Part shown: positions 16,042 to 25,398 of the stretch, one piece after another
Numbering within the stretch: position 1 is the stretch's first letter
How the letters are laid out: the number at the start of each line of letters is the position of its first letter
DNA from: a virus
Lineage: Duplodnaviria; Caudoviricetes
IMG/VR virus record: IMGVR_UViG_3300044515_000043
Coordinates: 1 to 39,115 of that record
Length of the DNA: 39,115 bases
Strand: one strand, 5' to 3'
Notes under the pieces: generated by a model
What the model saw: the letters and a program-made list of their open reading frames with translations, nothing else
Told to the model about the DNA's origin: nothing
Databases searched by the model: none
Program-made: the position numbers and the translations under genes

Positions 16042-18906
16042 CTAGCGCCTCACCGCGCCGGGAAGGTGGCTGGAGATGAAGGCGCGGACGGCGTTCAAAT
16101 CCAATAGGAAGGGCCGGCCCCCAGCGGTGAGCGCAAGCTTTTGCGTGTCCCGAAAAACTAGACCGTAGAGGCCACCGGGGCGAGCGACGATTTGCATTTT
16201 GGCGAACTCAGAGGCGCTCATCGGCTGGCCGTTAGTGTAAAGCGGCATGTGGCTGACAGGCATATTGCGCCCGAGTACCGACAAGGCCGGCTCGGCCTGG
16301 TCCTGGCGCAGCCAGTAGGGAAGCAGCGTCTGGGCGCCGTTGACCTTGGCCACGCCGCCCCAGTTGTGGCCCTGGCCATCGACGCTCATGCCGAGCGAAC
16401 TCTGCAGGTAGAACTCCGGCGGATTCTCCACGCCCTTCTGGCTGTCGCTGAGGCGCGCCAGATCGGCCACCTGCCGGGCGCTGGCGATCACGCCGGGATC
16501 GTTACGGAAGGCCGTCCCGAACGCCCGCTGCGCGGCGTCCAGTTGGCTGGTGTAGCTGGTTAGGCCGGGGGCCTCGCGTGGGTCCCTGGCGCCGGCGGCT
16601 TTCAGCGCCAGGCCATCGGCCGCGCGCGCCGCGATATTCGGCAGTCCCCAGGCCTGCAGCTGGCCAATGTGGATCGGCACGTTGACATCGCCGTCCGCGC
16701 CGATCTCGCGCAGGGCGGCGGACGCGCCGGCCGGCCCCAGAGCCGTGGTCAGGCGCGAGGCCAGGGTGACGATGGCGGCCGGCTGCTGCTGCAGGTAGCT
16801 CTTGTAGCCGTCCCTCTCGGCGTCGGTGAACATCCGAAACGGGACGAAATAAACCTTCTGCATGTTCCCGGCTAAGGCAAAGCGGCCCTGCATGGCTTTG
16901 GTCCAGCCGGCCACCTGTCCGGGGTCCTGGGCGAAGGCCGCCTGCGGGATCATCGGCGGAACAGTGGCCAACGGCAGCCTGGTGGAATTATCGCCGGCCG
17001 CGAATTTGATGGGATCTGCGGCGAAGCCAGGCATCGTGCTCCCCCAGGCGAGGAAAGCGGGTGTGCCGGGCCTCAGCCCCGGCGGCGCGGCGTGAATGCC
17101 AGCCGGCACATCCGGAACTACGGCGGACGCCGCGCCGCCCGCTCCGTCCAGCCGGCCGGTCCATTTGGCGGCGAAGGCGCCGGCGCTCATCCCGGGCTGG
17201 CCTCCGTTGTTGACGATCGCCTGGGTGGCGATCTGCGCGCCCTGGCCGGGATGCTGATGTTCGTAGAGCGGGGTGAGGGCGCTCACCGCCGTGGCGCCCG
17301 GATTGGCCAGCAGGGCCTGGGCCCCGGCCACGCCCTGCTGGTGGGCCAGGTACAACTCGCCCTCCGTGGGCGGACGGCCAAGGCTTTGCGTGAGCACGGC
17401 CGTGTTCGAGCGCAGGAGGCTCAGCGCATTGACCGTCTGGTCACGGACGGAGGTGATATCCCCGCCGCCCATCCGCCCCCAGGTGCCGGGCCGGAACTGA
17501 AACAGGCCCTGGCTCTGGCCGTTGTTCTTTGATGGATCGAGCGAACTCTCGAGCTGGGCGATCTTGACGAGGGTATTGGCCTCGGCGGGGGTGGCGCCTG
17601 CCCCAGCGGCGACGCCGCGCACCTGGTCGGCAACCGCGTCCTGGCCGGGCAACGGCGCGCTGATCGGCGCGGCCGGCTGGGCCACCGGATTGCCGTTGGC
17701 GTCGAGGGCCACCGGGGCGATGCCCTTGGCGCCAGGCTCGGGGATCAGGCCAAGGCTGCGCGCCAGCACCGTCTTCAACACGCCCCGGGTCTGCTCGGGC
17801 ACGGTCTCGAAGGCCTTGACCTTGGCCACCAGGTCGGCCCTGCCGCTGGCCTGGGCGTCGGCCTCGGCGGTGTGCCAGTCCACCGCGTGGCCCCATTGGT
17901 AGGCCTCCAGCGCCTGCTCGGCGGCCTGGGCGTGGGTGTTCTGTTCGACCTTCTCGTCTTGCCCGGCCTTTCCGGCCTGGGCATCGGTCGCGGTGAAGAT
18001 GCCCTGGGCCTGTTCGCCCGTCATTCCGGCGAAGAGCGGAGCGAATTTCGGGTCGCCGCTCGCGTACCCCTCGCGCAAGTCGTCGGCGAACTTCGCCTGG
18101 CTGGCCGCATCTGGCAGCGACAGCTGGGCGGACTTAGCCCAGGTTCCCTTGGCGTGCCACACTGCGGCGAGCACGTGCGAGTTGATGTCTACCGGGCTGA
18201 CCCAACCGGTACGATTGGCATCTGCGGGGATTTCCTGACCGTTGATTGTGTAGGCGGCGGCCGGCCCGTACTTCGCGAAAGTCTGGGCGAAGTTGCCAAT
18301 AGCCGCCGTCACCTTCGCAGCGCCTGCGGCGTCGAAAGAAGCGCCGGATACAATCTGTTCGAGGGTGCCGCTCGCGGTGGCAAAGTCGGTCTGGAACGCC
18401 GCCGCCTGCGTCTCCGTCATCGTCCGGCGCAGGCCCAGCTGGGCCTTGTTCATCAGATCGGCATGCTGCAGGGCGAATTCGTTGTCGAAGCTCTGGTTGA
18501 CCTCGCCGTAAGGGGTGGGGGCGAAGCCGGCCTTGACCGCCGTCAGGGCCTTGTCGAGCCCGGCCGGGTCGTCGGGATTGGCGGCGAAGGCCTGGCCCAT
18601 GGCCCCGACCAGGGCCGCCTTGCGCTGGGCGTCCAGCCCTTGCTTGGCCACGCTGTTATAGGTCGCGCCGTACTCGGTGACCGGGTTGGCCGGGTTGACG
18701 GCGCCGGCGGCGACGTCGCGGGTGGCCGCCTCCTGGCCCTCGGCGCCGGCGGCCTTGGCGGCCATCTGGCCCAGCACATTGCCGACGCCTTCCATGTGGG
18801 CGCTGAGCGCCCCCAGCTCCTGGGGCACGGCGTGCAGCAGGTTGGGCGGGCTGACCGCCTCCTCGACCGGGTTGCCGGCCTCGAGCTGGGGGAAGGGCTC
18901 AGCCAC
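16042..18906 (-). CDS. Internal virion protein with a lytic transglycosylase (SLT-like) domain (954 aa)
   Basis: IAQLESS (catalytic Glu), QGLFQF..GTW and YLAHQQG motifs at ~17290-17570. Confidence 0.85.
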   Translation of the reverse strand: MAEPFPQLEAGNPVEEAVSPPNLLHAVPQELGALSAHMEGVGNVLGQMAAKAAGAEGQEAATRDVAAGAVNPANPVTEYGATYNSVAKQGLDAQRKAALVGAMGQAFAANPDDPAGLDKALTAVKAGFAPTPYGEVNQSFDNEFALQHADLMNKAQLGLRRTMTETQAAAFQTDFATASGTLEQIVSGASFDAAGAAKVTAAIGNFAQTFAKYGPAAAYTINGQEIPADANRTGWVSPVDINSHVLAAVWHAKGTWAKSAQLSLPDAASQAKFADDLREGYASGDPKFAPLFAGMTGEQAQGIFTATDAQAGKAGQDEKVEQNTHAQAAEQALEAYQWGHAVDWHTAEADAQASGRADLVAKVKAFETVPEQTRGVLKTVLARSLGLIPEPGAKGIAPVALDANGNPVAQPAAPISAPLPGQDAVADQVRGVAAGAGATPAEANTLVKIAQLESSLDPSKNNGQSQGLFQFRPGTWGRMGGGDITSVRDQTVNALSLLRSNTAVLTQSLGRPPTEGELYLAHQQGVAGAQALLANPGATAVSALTPLYEHQHPGQGAQIATQAIVNNGGQPGMSAGAFAAKWTGRLDGAGGAASAVVPDVPAGIHAAPPGLRPGTPAFLAWGSTMPGFAADPIKFAAGDNSTRLPLATVPPMIPQAAFAQDPGQVAGWTKAMQGRFALAGNMQKVYFVPFRMFTDAERDGYKSYLQQQPAAIVTLASRLTTALGPAGASAALREIGADGDVNVPIHIGQLQAWGLPNIAARAADGLALKAAGARDPREAPGLTSYTSQLDAAQRAFGTAFRNDPGVIASARQVADLARLSDSQKGVENPPEFYLQSSLGMSVDGQGHNWGGVAKVNGAQTLLPYWLRQDQAEPALSVLGRNMPVSHMPLYTNGQPMSASEFAKMQIVARPGGLYGLVFRDTQKLALTAGGRPFLLDLNAVRAFISSHLPGAVRR

Positions 18907-19063
18907 CGGCGTGGCGCTTCATGTGGTATTTGCTGCGCAGCACCCGGGCCAGGTCGCGGGCGCTCTCCACCGGCCACTGGGCGTCGTCGCTGAACGGCTG
19001 GTCGGGATGGTCGCGCAGCCAGGCGGCGCGGATCCAGTCGGCGATGATCTGCTCGAGGCTCAA
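18899..19063 (-). CDS. Hypothetical protein (54 aa, MSLEQIIADWIRAAWLRDHP...KRHAGG)
   Basis: Read by hand; TTG start overlapping the previous stop; GGAG RBS; high GC3. Confidence 0.65.
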   Translation of the reverse strand: MSLEQIIADWIRAAWLRDHPDQPFSDDAQWPVESARDLARVLRSKYHMKRHAGG

Positions 19064-19227
19064 GGTGTGGCTCCCGTCACCACGCGCTGGCCATCGACGC
19101 GGATCGTCCGGCCGGCGCGCACCTCACCGTCAGAGATCGCGTGTTTCTTCTCGCCGGCCTTCCAGAAGGTGACGAGGAACTTGCCGTCCTGCCTGCGCGT
19201 GCAGCTGACCACCAACACCGCGTCCAT
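19060..19227 (-). CDS. Hypothetical protein (55 aa, MDAVLVVSCTRRQDGKFLVTFWK...)
   Basis: TGATG coupling; high GC3; beta-strand-like pattern. Confidence 0.7.
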   Translation of the reverse strand: MDAVLVVSCTRRQDGKFLVTFWKAGEKKHAISDGEVRAGRTIRVDGQRVVTGATP

Positions 19228-19820
19228 CAGCCGCCGCCGCCGATCTGCGCCCAGCTCAGCCCGGCCTTGGCCACCTCGGCGATGCCGCCGAGCAGGCCGG
19301 CGGTGCGGGTGACGCTGGCGCTCTGGGCCAGCATCTGGGCCTGGGCGGTGCGCATGGCGGCGTCGGTCTGGGCGCCGGTGAGGTTGGCGGTGACCACCCG
19401 GTCGCGCTGCTGCTCGGCCTGGCGGCCGGCCTCGATGACGCTGCCCGATCCGATGTCCACCCCGCCGGCGCTGGCGGTGGCCAGCTGGCGGCCGATCACC
19501 TGGTTGAAGGCCTGGTTGATCTGGTTGTTCTTCTGCTGGGCCTGCACATAGTCGCCGCGGGCGGCGATGGTCTCGTTGCCGGCTTCCTCGTCGAGGGCGT
19601 TGGCCTGGGCGTTGGCCAGGGCGAAACCGGAAAGCGCGGAGACCGCGCTGGTGCCGAAGCGGGCGGCGCCCAGGATGTCGGATCCCGGAATGCCGCCGCC
19701 GCCGCCCATGCCGAAGCCCTGCGGGTTGCCGCCGGCGTCGCCGCCCACCAGGCCGCCGGCCCCGGGCGCGGCCCCGCCATTGGTCGAGAAACCGGAGAAC
19801 AGGCCGCTGACCATCTGCAC
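19227..19820 (-). CDS. Small internal virion protein (T7 gp14-like ejection protein)
   Basis: AGGAG RBS then GTG; GRQLATASAGGVDIGSGS motif; Gln/Ala coiled coil; directly after the tail nozzle gene. Confidence 0.8.
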   Translation of the reverse strand: MQMVSGLFSGFSTNGGAAPGAGGLVGGDAGGNPQGFGMGGGGGIPGSDILGAARFGTSAVSALSGFALANAQANALDEEAGNETIAARGDYVQAQQKNNQINQAFNQVIGRQLATASAGGVDIGSGSVIEAGRQAEQQRDRVVTANLTGAQTDAAMRTAQAQMLAQSASVTRTAGLLGGIAEVAKAGLSWAQIGGGG

Positions 19821-19834
19821 GGGGCTGACGTCTC

Positions 19835-22042
19835 CTAGCTCGAGGCGGTGGCCACGATCTCCTCGATCGAGAGGGGACCTGGACGGGTCTGGGTGAAGGT
19901 GATCTGCGCATCCTGGCGAAAGCCCGGAACGAATTTCAGCCTGGTCCAGCCGGTGAAGGCATTCTGCCCCGGTCCCTGATCGAGGAACGCGGCGTCGCCG
20001 CCGACCCCGGCCGATCGGGTCTTCAGCGGCACGCGCCACAGCTTGCCGCCGGCCAGGCCGGCCATCAGGTTGCTGGTGGGCCCGAGCCGGAAAGCGATCT
20101 CGCCCACGGTCGGGCGCATCGATGCGCCGGCCCGGGGATCGTTCTGGAACACGAAGGGCAGGGTCAGGCCGGTGGGCTGGAAATTCAGGCCCACCTCCAG
20201 GGTGTTCTTGGGGACGGTGGGCAGCGGGATCGACGCGCTGGCGATGGCGTCGCCGGCATCGCTGCCGTCGATGTACAGGCTGACGGTCAGCCCCTCGAGG
20301 TGGGCGCTGCCGGTCCACACCGCCGTGTCGGCGCCGCCGTCCACCCCCGGCGTCACCACGATGCGGGCGTCATCGGCGGTGGTGGCGATCGAACAATCCA
20401 TCAGGCAGGTGGGATCGACCCGCTCGAGGAAGCGGCGCGGGGAGCCATCGCCCAGGGTGCGCAGGGTGGCGACATAGAGATCGCCGCCCAGATCGCCGAC
20501 GGCGGCCAGGAAGCTCCCGGTGGTGGTCCACGGCACGAAGCCGGTGATGTCCTGGTCGCGCAGGGCGACCATCACCACCGCGTCGCCGGTATTGCGCGGC
20601 ATCACCGCCATGTCGCAATCGGTCGTGCTGGTGTGTTTGCGAAATCCCAGGTCGATGACGCCCCTGACGATATGGCTGGCCAGCACCGAAATGCAGGTGC
20701 TCTCATAGTTGTTGTGGAAATACTGGAACATGTAGTCGTAGAGACTGTCGCCGCCCGGCCCCACGAAGATCGTGCTGCGGTCCATCATCACCGGCGGAAT
20801 GGTCGGCTCGCTGCCGCGCCGGGTGGCCTGGACCACCGGGGCCGGCGGGGTGATCGGCTCCATCGGGAAATAGAATTCGGCGCTGTTGGTGAAGATCTGC
20901 AGGTTGCGGCCGCAGAAGATGCTGGTGACGGCGGTGACGTCGGCGGTGTCGAGGTTCTCATTGAGCGCCCCGGCCTCGGTGGCGCCGGCGGTGTCGAAGC
21001 TGAAGTAGGCCCCGATCTGGCTGCCCAGGAAGGTCTCCGGCCGCCCGGCCAGGCCGGCCAGGAACAGGCGCTGCTGGTAGAAGGTGCCGGTCCCAGGCCA
21101 GCCGCGGCTACCCGAGATGATCGGCTCGCCGCCGGCCTTGCCGGTGGTGATGTTGGCGACGCTGACCCCGCCGGCGGTGGAGTGCAGGGTGACCGGGGCC
21201 ATGGTCGAGACGTCGCTGGCCGCCAGCTTGCCCTGGAAGGTCACCACCACCGCCCCGCCGCCGCCGTCGGCGGCGACCACGTTGCCGGCGCCGACCCCGG
21301 GCAGGGCCTCCAGGGCGCTCTGGATCGAGGCCGCCAGGGTGGCCGTGACGGCGTTCCAGGCGATCGCCTGGGTGGTCTGGCCCTCCAGGGTGATATTGAA
21401 GGTGTCGCCGCCGGCGTAGTCGATGAAGAACAGCTCCTGGACGGCGTTGACGCCGCCGAGCTTCTTGCCGGTGTAGTCGTAGAGCGGCAAATTATCGAAG
21501 GGGATGGCCCGGCTGTCCCACTCCATGGCCGCGCCCTGGCGCATGATCCGCTGCGGCTGCACCTGCTGGTTGAAGCACAGCATGGTGTCGAGCATCTGGG
21601 TGCGGCCCAGCGCCACCGCCTGGGCGCCGTCCCATGGGGCGACGATGGCGCTCTGCCAGGTTCCCAGGTTCCACACGTCGACGTTGAATTCGGTGACCGG
21701 CAGGATGTAGCGCTGGGTCTGGTCGTCGTAGTTGAAGGCCATCAGCTCGACGTCGGCGGCGGCGTCGTCGGCCAGGGTCAGGGCCTCGGCCCAGAAGCCG
21801 ATGGCGTCGCAGCGCATCACCGCCGTGTCCCAGTCCTGCGGACCGGGAAGGTGCGCCCCCTGGGTGGCGATGATCCGCCAGTGCTGCGCGGTGACGCTCT
21901 GGCCGGGGGCCAGGGCGAAGCGGCGGGTCTCGATCAGGGCCCCCAGGCTGTGGCCGATGCCGAACGTCGTCCAGGTCACGCCCAGGTCGGTCGAATACTG
22001 CAGGGCCAGGGCGCCGAAGACGTTGCTCGGGATGGTGCTCAC
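19835..22042 (-). CDS. Tail tubular protein B / nozzle, C-terminal part (735 aa)
   Basis: GWPGTGTFYQQRLFLAG..PETFLGSQIG, LQIFTNSAEF and ITFTQTRPGPLSI motifs of gp12-like nozzles; GTGA overlap with the upstream part. Confidence 0.85.
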   Translation of the reverse strand: MSTIPSNVFGALALQYSTDLGVTWTTFGIGHSLGALIETRRFALAPGQSVTAQHWRIIATQGAHLPGPQDWDTAVMRCDAIGFWAEALTLADDAAADVELMAFNYDDQTQRYILPVTEFNVDVWNLGTWQSAIVAPWDGAQAVALGRTQMLDTMLCFNQQVQPQRIMRQGAAMEWDSRAIPFDNLPLYDYTGKKLGGVNAVQELFFIDYAGGDTFNITLEGQTTQAIAWNAVTATLAASIQSALEALPGVGAGNVVAADGGGGAVVVTFQGKLAASDVSTMAPVTLHSTAGGVSVANITTGKAGGEPIISGSRGWPGTGTFYQQRLFLAGLAGRPETFLGSQIGAYFSFDTAGATEAGALNENLDTADVTAVTSIFCGRNLQIFTNSAEFYFPMEPITPPAPVVQATRRGSEPTIPPVMMDRSTIFVGPGGDSLYDYMFQYFHNNYESTCISVLASHIVRGVIDLGFRKHTSTTDCDMAVMPRNTGDAVVMVALRDQDITGFVPWTTTGSFLAAVGDLGGDLYVATLRTLGDGSPRRFLERVDPTCLMDCSIATTADDARIVVTPGVDGGADTAVWTGSAHLEGLTVSLYIDGSDAGDAIASASIPLPTVPKNTLEVGLNFQPTGLTLPFVFQNDPRAGASMRPTVGEIAFRLGPTSNLMAGLAGGKLWRVPLKTRSAGVGGDAAFLDQGPGQNAFTGWTRLKFVPGFRQDAQITFTQTRPGPLSIEEIVATASS

Positions 22043-22734
22043 GGGAAGAAGCCGCCGTTGAAGCCGCCGCCGCCGCCATAGGGCAGCTTGATCGGCGGCG
22101 GCGGGGTATAGCCGCCGCTGCCGTCGCCGCCGGCCCCGCCGGCCGGGATCACCGCCACGTTGACGATGTCCAGGGCGGAGATCCGCGTCGGGGTCCCGAA
22201 GTCGATCTCCAGGAACACATAAGGATCGGTGTTGCTCATCCCCACCGTGCTCACCGGGCCGGGGGCGAAGCAGCTCATCGGCTCCTTGGGGCAGTTGGCG
22301 CTCTGGCTGATCGTCCAGCTGCTGCCGGCCCCGCCGACGATCACCGTGCCGCCGGGGATCAGGCCGGCGTCGTCGGTGATGATCTGACCGATCGCCACCG
22401 CGCCGACCACGGCGCTGTAGATGGTCAGGGTGACGCCCTCGATCTTGCCGACGATGAAGCTCGCCGCCGGCGCGCCGCCCAGGACGCCGCTCGTGTCGCC
22501 CCCATTCGGTGCGGAAAGCACCGCGCCGCTGGCGTCCACCGGGGCCATGGGGTTGCGGATCGGCCCGACATAGGCCAGGCCCGGCCGCCGGGCGATCGGC
22601 CCCTGCGGCGTGGGGATGCAGTTCTCCGCCCCCATCAGCGACGCGAAATAGGCCTTCAGCTCGCGGCGGCCCAGCATCTGCGGGTCGAGCTCGCCGTTGG
22701 TGAAGTTGCCCTGGCGGAAGACTTCCTGCGGCAT
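22039..22734 (-). CDS. Tail tubular protein B / nozzle, N-terminal part (231 aa)
   Basis: Canonical nozzle N-terminus QGNFTNGELDPQMLGRRELKAY...ENCIPTPQGPIARRPG. Confidence 0.85.
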   Translation of the reverse strand: MPQEVFRQGNFTNGELDPQMLGRRELKAYFASLMGAENCIPTPQGPIARRPGLAYVGPIRNPMAPVDASGAVLSAPNGGDTSGVLGGAPAASFIVGKIEGVTLTIYSAVVGAVAIGQIITDDAGLIPGGTVIVGGAGSSWTISQSANCPKEPMSCFAPGPVSTVGMSNTDPYVFLEIDFGTPTRISALDIVNVAVIPAGGAGGDGSGGYTPPPPIKLPYGGGGGFNGGFFP

Positions 22735-23474
22735 CAGCCGTCACCGCTGGGGCCGAAGTCGATGAAGGTCGGGAAGCCGAAGGAGCCGGGCAGGCCGACG
22801 AAGGGAATGCTCAGCCACGCCGGGCCGAAGCCGAAGCCGGGGCCGAACCTGGCGTTGACCAGGTCGCCGTCATCGAAGCTGAAGCCGGCGCCGAAGGCGG
22901 TGCGCGGCGGGGCGTTGCGGCTGTCCTCGTTGCGGCTCTGCTGGTAGAGGCCGCCCTCGCCGGCCTCGCCCGGGGTGCCGAAGGCCATCTGGTAGAGCTG
23001 GGCGGCCAGCTGGGTGTTCTGGCCGACGCCGGACGCCATGCCCGAGGCGAAAACGGTCTTGACGAACTCGACGAACCACACCGGCCACTTGTTTTCGGCG
23101 ACGCGGCCGGTGTGCTCGATGAACAGGGTCGGGCAGTCGCTGGCGATGTAGCCGTTGACCAGCTCGGCGCGCACCTCGAAGGCGCGGTCGCGCTTGGCGG
23201 CGCTGCGATAGGCGAAGATGGCCCCGATCACATCGGCGGGGATGTCATAGGCGAAGGCGGCGGGGCAGTCGGTCGGGGTGACCAGCCTGGGCGACAGGGG
23301 CGCGATCTTGTTGGCGAAGGCCCAGCGATACTTGCCGAGGCACCAATCGCGGGCCTGCGGGTACTGCGCGACGCACCAGGCCCCCTGCGGGGTGGTCTCG
23401 TCCAGGGCGTCGATGGGCTCGCCGCCGATGCGGGTGATGGCCAGGTTGCATACGTCGAGATCGGTCTGGACCAT
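22734..23474 (-). CDS. Tail tubular protein A / adaptor (T7 gp11-like)
   Basis: DLDVCNLAITRIGGEPIDALDE...YRWAFA...YDIPAD; directly after the MCP. Confidence 0.88.
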   Translation of the reverse strand: MVQTDLDVCNLAITRIGGEPIDALDETTPQGAWCVAQYPQARDWCLGKYRWAFANKIAPLSPRLVTPTDCPAAFAYDIPADVIGAIFAYRSAAKRDRAFEVRAELVNGYIASDCPTLFIEHTGRVAENKWPVWFVEFVKTVFASGMASGVGQNTQLAAQLYQMAFGTPGEAGEGGLYQQSRNEDSRNAPPRTAFGAGFSFDDGDLVNARFGPGFGFGPAWLSIPFVGLPGSFGFPTFIDFGPSGDG

Positions 23475-23489
23475 GGCGGCTCCGCGAAG

Positions 23490-23523
23490 AAAAAAGGGGC
23501 GGCGGGTTTGCGACCGCCGCCCC
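23490..23523 (-). terminator. Intrinsic terminator after the major capsid gene
   Basis: GGGGCGGCGG-TCGCAAAC-CCGCCGCCCC-TTTTTT on the minus strand. Confidence 0.9.
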
Positions 23524-23555
23524 AGTTGGTCTCAGGAGAGGAGAGAACCCGAGAT

Positions 23556-24482
23556 CTAGTTGGGGCCCAGGTCGGCGATCGGGATCGCCTTGCGGGCCAG
23601 GGCGAAGTTGTACTTGGACTTGACGCGAACGACGCCGGCGGCTTCCTTGACCACCGCGCCGGCCTGGAACCAGTTGCCGATCAGATCGGTCAGCCGGCCG
23701 CCCACCCGCTCGTTGATGGTGGTCATCTCGTTGTTGTAGTCCGAGCTGACCGCGCTGCGGCAGAACAGGAACATATCGACCCCGGTGGTCGCCGCGTCGG
23801 TCGCCTGAGTGATCGGCGCGCCGGCCTGGTCGTTGAGACGCTGGAACGTGGTCCAGTTGATGTCGTCCCACACGTTGTTGTTCTTGACGTTGTTGAGCGC
23901 CATGTACGGGTCGAGGCTGTTGTTCACCTTCACCTTGAAGGGCACGACGGCGCACAGCTCCTCGCCCTCGAACTTCTCCTGGGTGCCGAGCTGGGCCACC
24001 GCCGCGCTCCACACGTCCAGGTCGGCGATGGTGTTGTAATCGCCAAGGGTGAAGATGTTGGCGGTGTTGGTGGTGCCGTCGGCGTTGGTGCCGACCACGC
24101 CGTTGGCCGCCGCGCTGTTGAGGGCTGTGATGACCATGTTGTCCTCGGCCCGGAAGCCGGCCATGGCGCTGGCCCGGCCGTACTCGGCGGCCAGGTTGAT
24201 GTTCAACTTGGTCTTGTCGGGATCCCACACACCCATGACCACGAACTTGGGATTGGCGGTCACGCTGACCATGTCCATCTGCGCATTGGCCATGGCGATC
24301 TCGGCGAAGCGGGTGCTGTCGTACATCTCGACGGCGCCCATGCGCGGGAAGAACACCTGGCTGCCGATGAAGGTGCCGCCGCCGCTGGTGTACTGGGCGA
24401 CGCGCTTGGTGCGCTGTTGCGCCAGCATGTCGACGGTGTCGGTGTACTTCTTGATGAACCAGGACGGGATATTCTCGGACAT
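23556..24482 (-). CDS. Major capsid protein (308 aa)
   Basis: MSENIPSWFIKKYTDTVDMLAQQR...FPRMG...AGAVVKEAAGVV pattern; follows the scaffold; followed by a terminator; GGAG RBS. Confidence 0.9.
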   Translation of the reverse strand: MSENIPSWFIKKYTDTVDMLAQQRTKRVAQYTSGGGTFIGSQVFFPRMGAVEMYDSTRFAEIAMANAQMDMVSVTANPKFVVMGVWDPDKTKLNINLAAEYGRASAMAGFRAEDNMVITALNSAAANGVVGTNADGTTNTANIFTLGDYNTIADLDVWSAAVAQLGTQEKFEGEELCAVVPFKVKVNNSLDPYMALNNVKNNNVWDDINWTTFQRLNDQAGAPITQATDAATTGVDMFLFCRSAVSSDYNNEMTTINERVGGRLTDLIGNWFQAGAVVKEAAGVVRVKSKYNFALARKAIPIADLGPN

Positions 24483-24573
24483 GGCGCGGGCTCCAGGAGC
24501 GCCGGCCACGCCGGCGAAGGGTTGATGACCTGGCTGAAGCTAAGAGGCCTCGGCCTGGCGCAACGCGGCCGCC

Positions 24574-25398
24574 TCAGAAGGCTTTCATGTAGGCTTCGTC
24601 GGCGGCCTTCCTGAACTTGCGGTCGGTCTGGTAGCGGGGATCGTCCTGCATGGCCTGGGCGGCCTTCTGTTCGGCCGCCTTGGGATCTTCGACGTTGTCG
24701 GTGGGCAGTTTGACGGTTTCGTTGCCGGTCATTTTTCTAAGCTTCTCCACGAGGGTTACGCCGGCCCGGGTGGGCGCGAGGCTCATCAGTTCGCCGAACT
24801 CGGCGTCGTCCAGGTCGCCCCGGCTCTTCATGGCCTTGGCGAAGGTCTCCACCTCGGCCTGGCGCGCCGCGCCGTTCTCGCCCAGCGCCGCGCGCTCGGC
24901 GGCGAAATCGAGGGGCTTGGGCACGAAGCCCTTGGCTTGCAGCACGCCGATGGTGTCGAACAGCTGGTCGAACTCGCCCTGGGTGCGGCCGGTCGATTTG
25001 AAGTGCTCGCGGATAGTGGCCACCATGGGGTCCTTGGCCAGGCTCTCCGGCGCGAGGATCGATTTCAGATTGTCCGGCACATTGAGGGCGTAGCCGTCCG
25101 CCGTCTCGGGAATGACGGCGCGGGCGGCGGCGGCGGTGGCCGCCGGATCGACCACGGGATCGGCTTGCGGCGCAGGCGGCGCGGCTGGGTCGGCGGGCGC
25201 AGGGGCCGGACCGGGCGCGGGCGCCGGGGCTGGCGCAGCGGGCGCCGGGGCAGGCGCCGGGGCCGGATCACCGGACGGCGAGGAAGCTGCCGGCGTCGTC
25301 GCCGGCGCTGTCGTCGCCGGGTCCGTCACCACCGCCGCCGGAGATGGGGCCGTGTCGGGGTTCGGGGTCATGGCCACCAGTGACGCGCTGTTGCTCAT
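24574..25398 (-). CDS. Capsid scaffolding protein
   Basis: Pro/Ala-rich N-terminus, IPETADGYAL, C-terminal DDPRYQTDRKFRK; located between portal and MCP. Confidence 0.85.
   Translation of the reverse strand: MSNSASLVAMTPNPDTAPSPAAVVTDPATTAPATTPAASSPSGDPAPAPAPAPAAPAPAPAPGPAPAPADPAAPPAPQADPVVDPAATAAAARAVIPETADGYALNVPDNLKSILAPESLAKDPMVATIREHFKSTGRTQGEFDQLFDTIGVLQAKGFVPKPLDFAAERAALGENGAARQAEVETFAKAMKSRGDLDDAEFGELMSLAPTRAGVTLVEKLRKMTGNETVKLPTDNVEDPKAAEQKAAQAMQDDPRYQTDRKFRKAADEAYMKAF

Noticed and set aside
22043-22744. N-terminal extension of the 969-aa ORF (19835..22744)
   Set aside because: Arg/Pro-rich shadow translation; the true nozzle N-terminus is in the 22039..22734 frame
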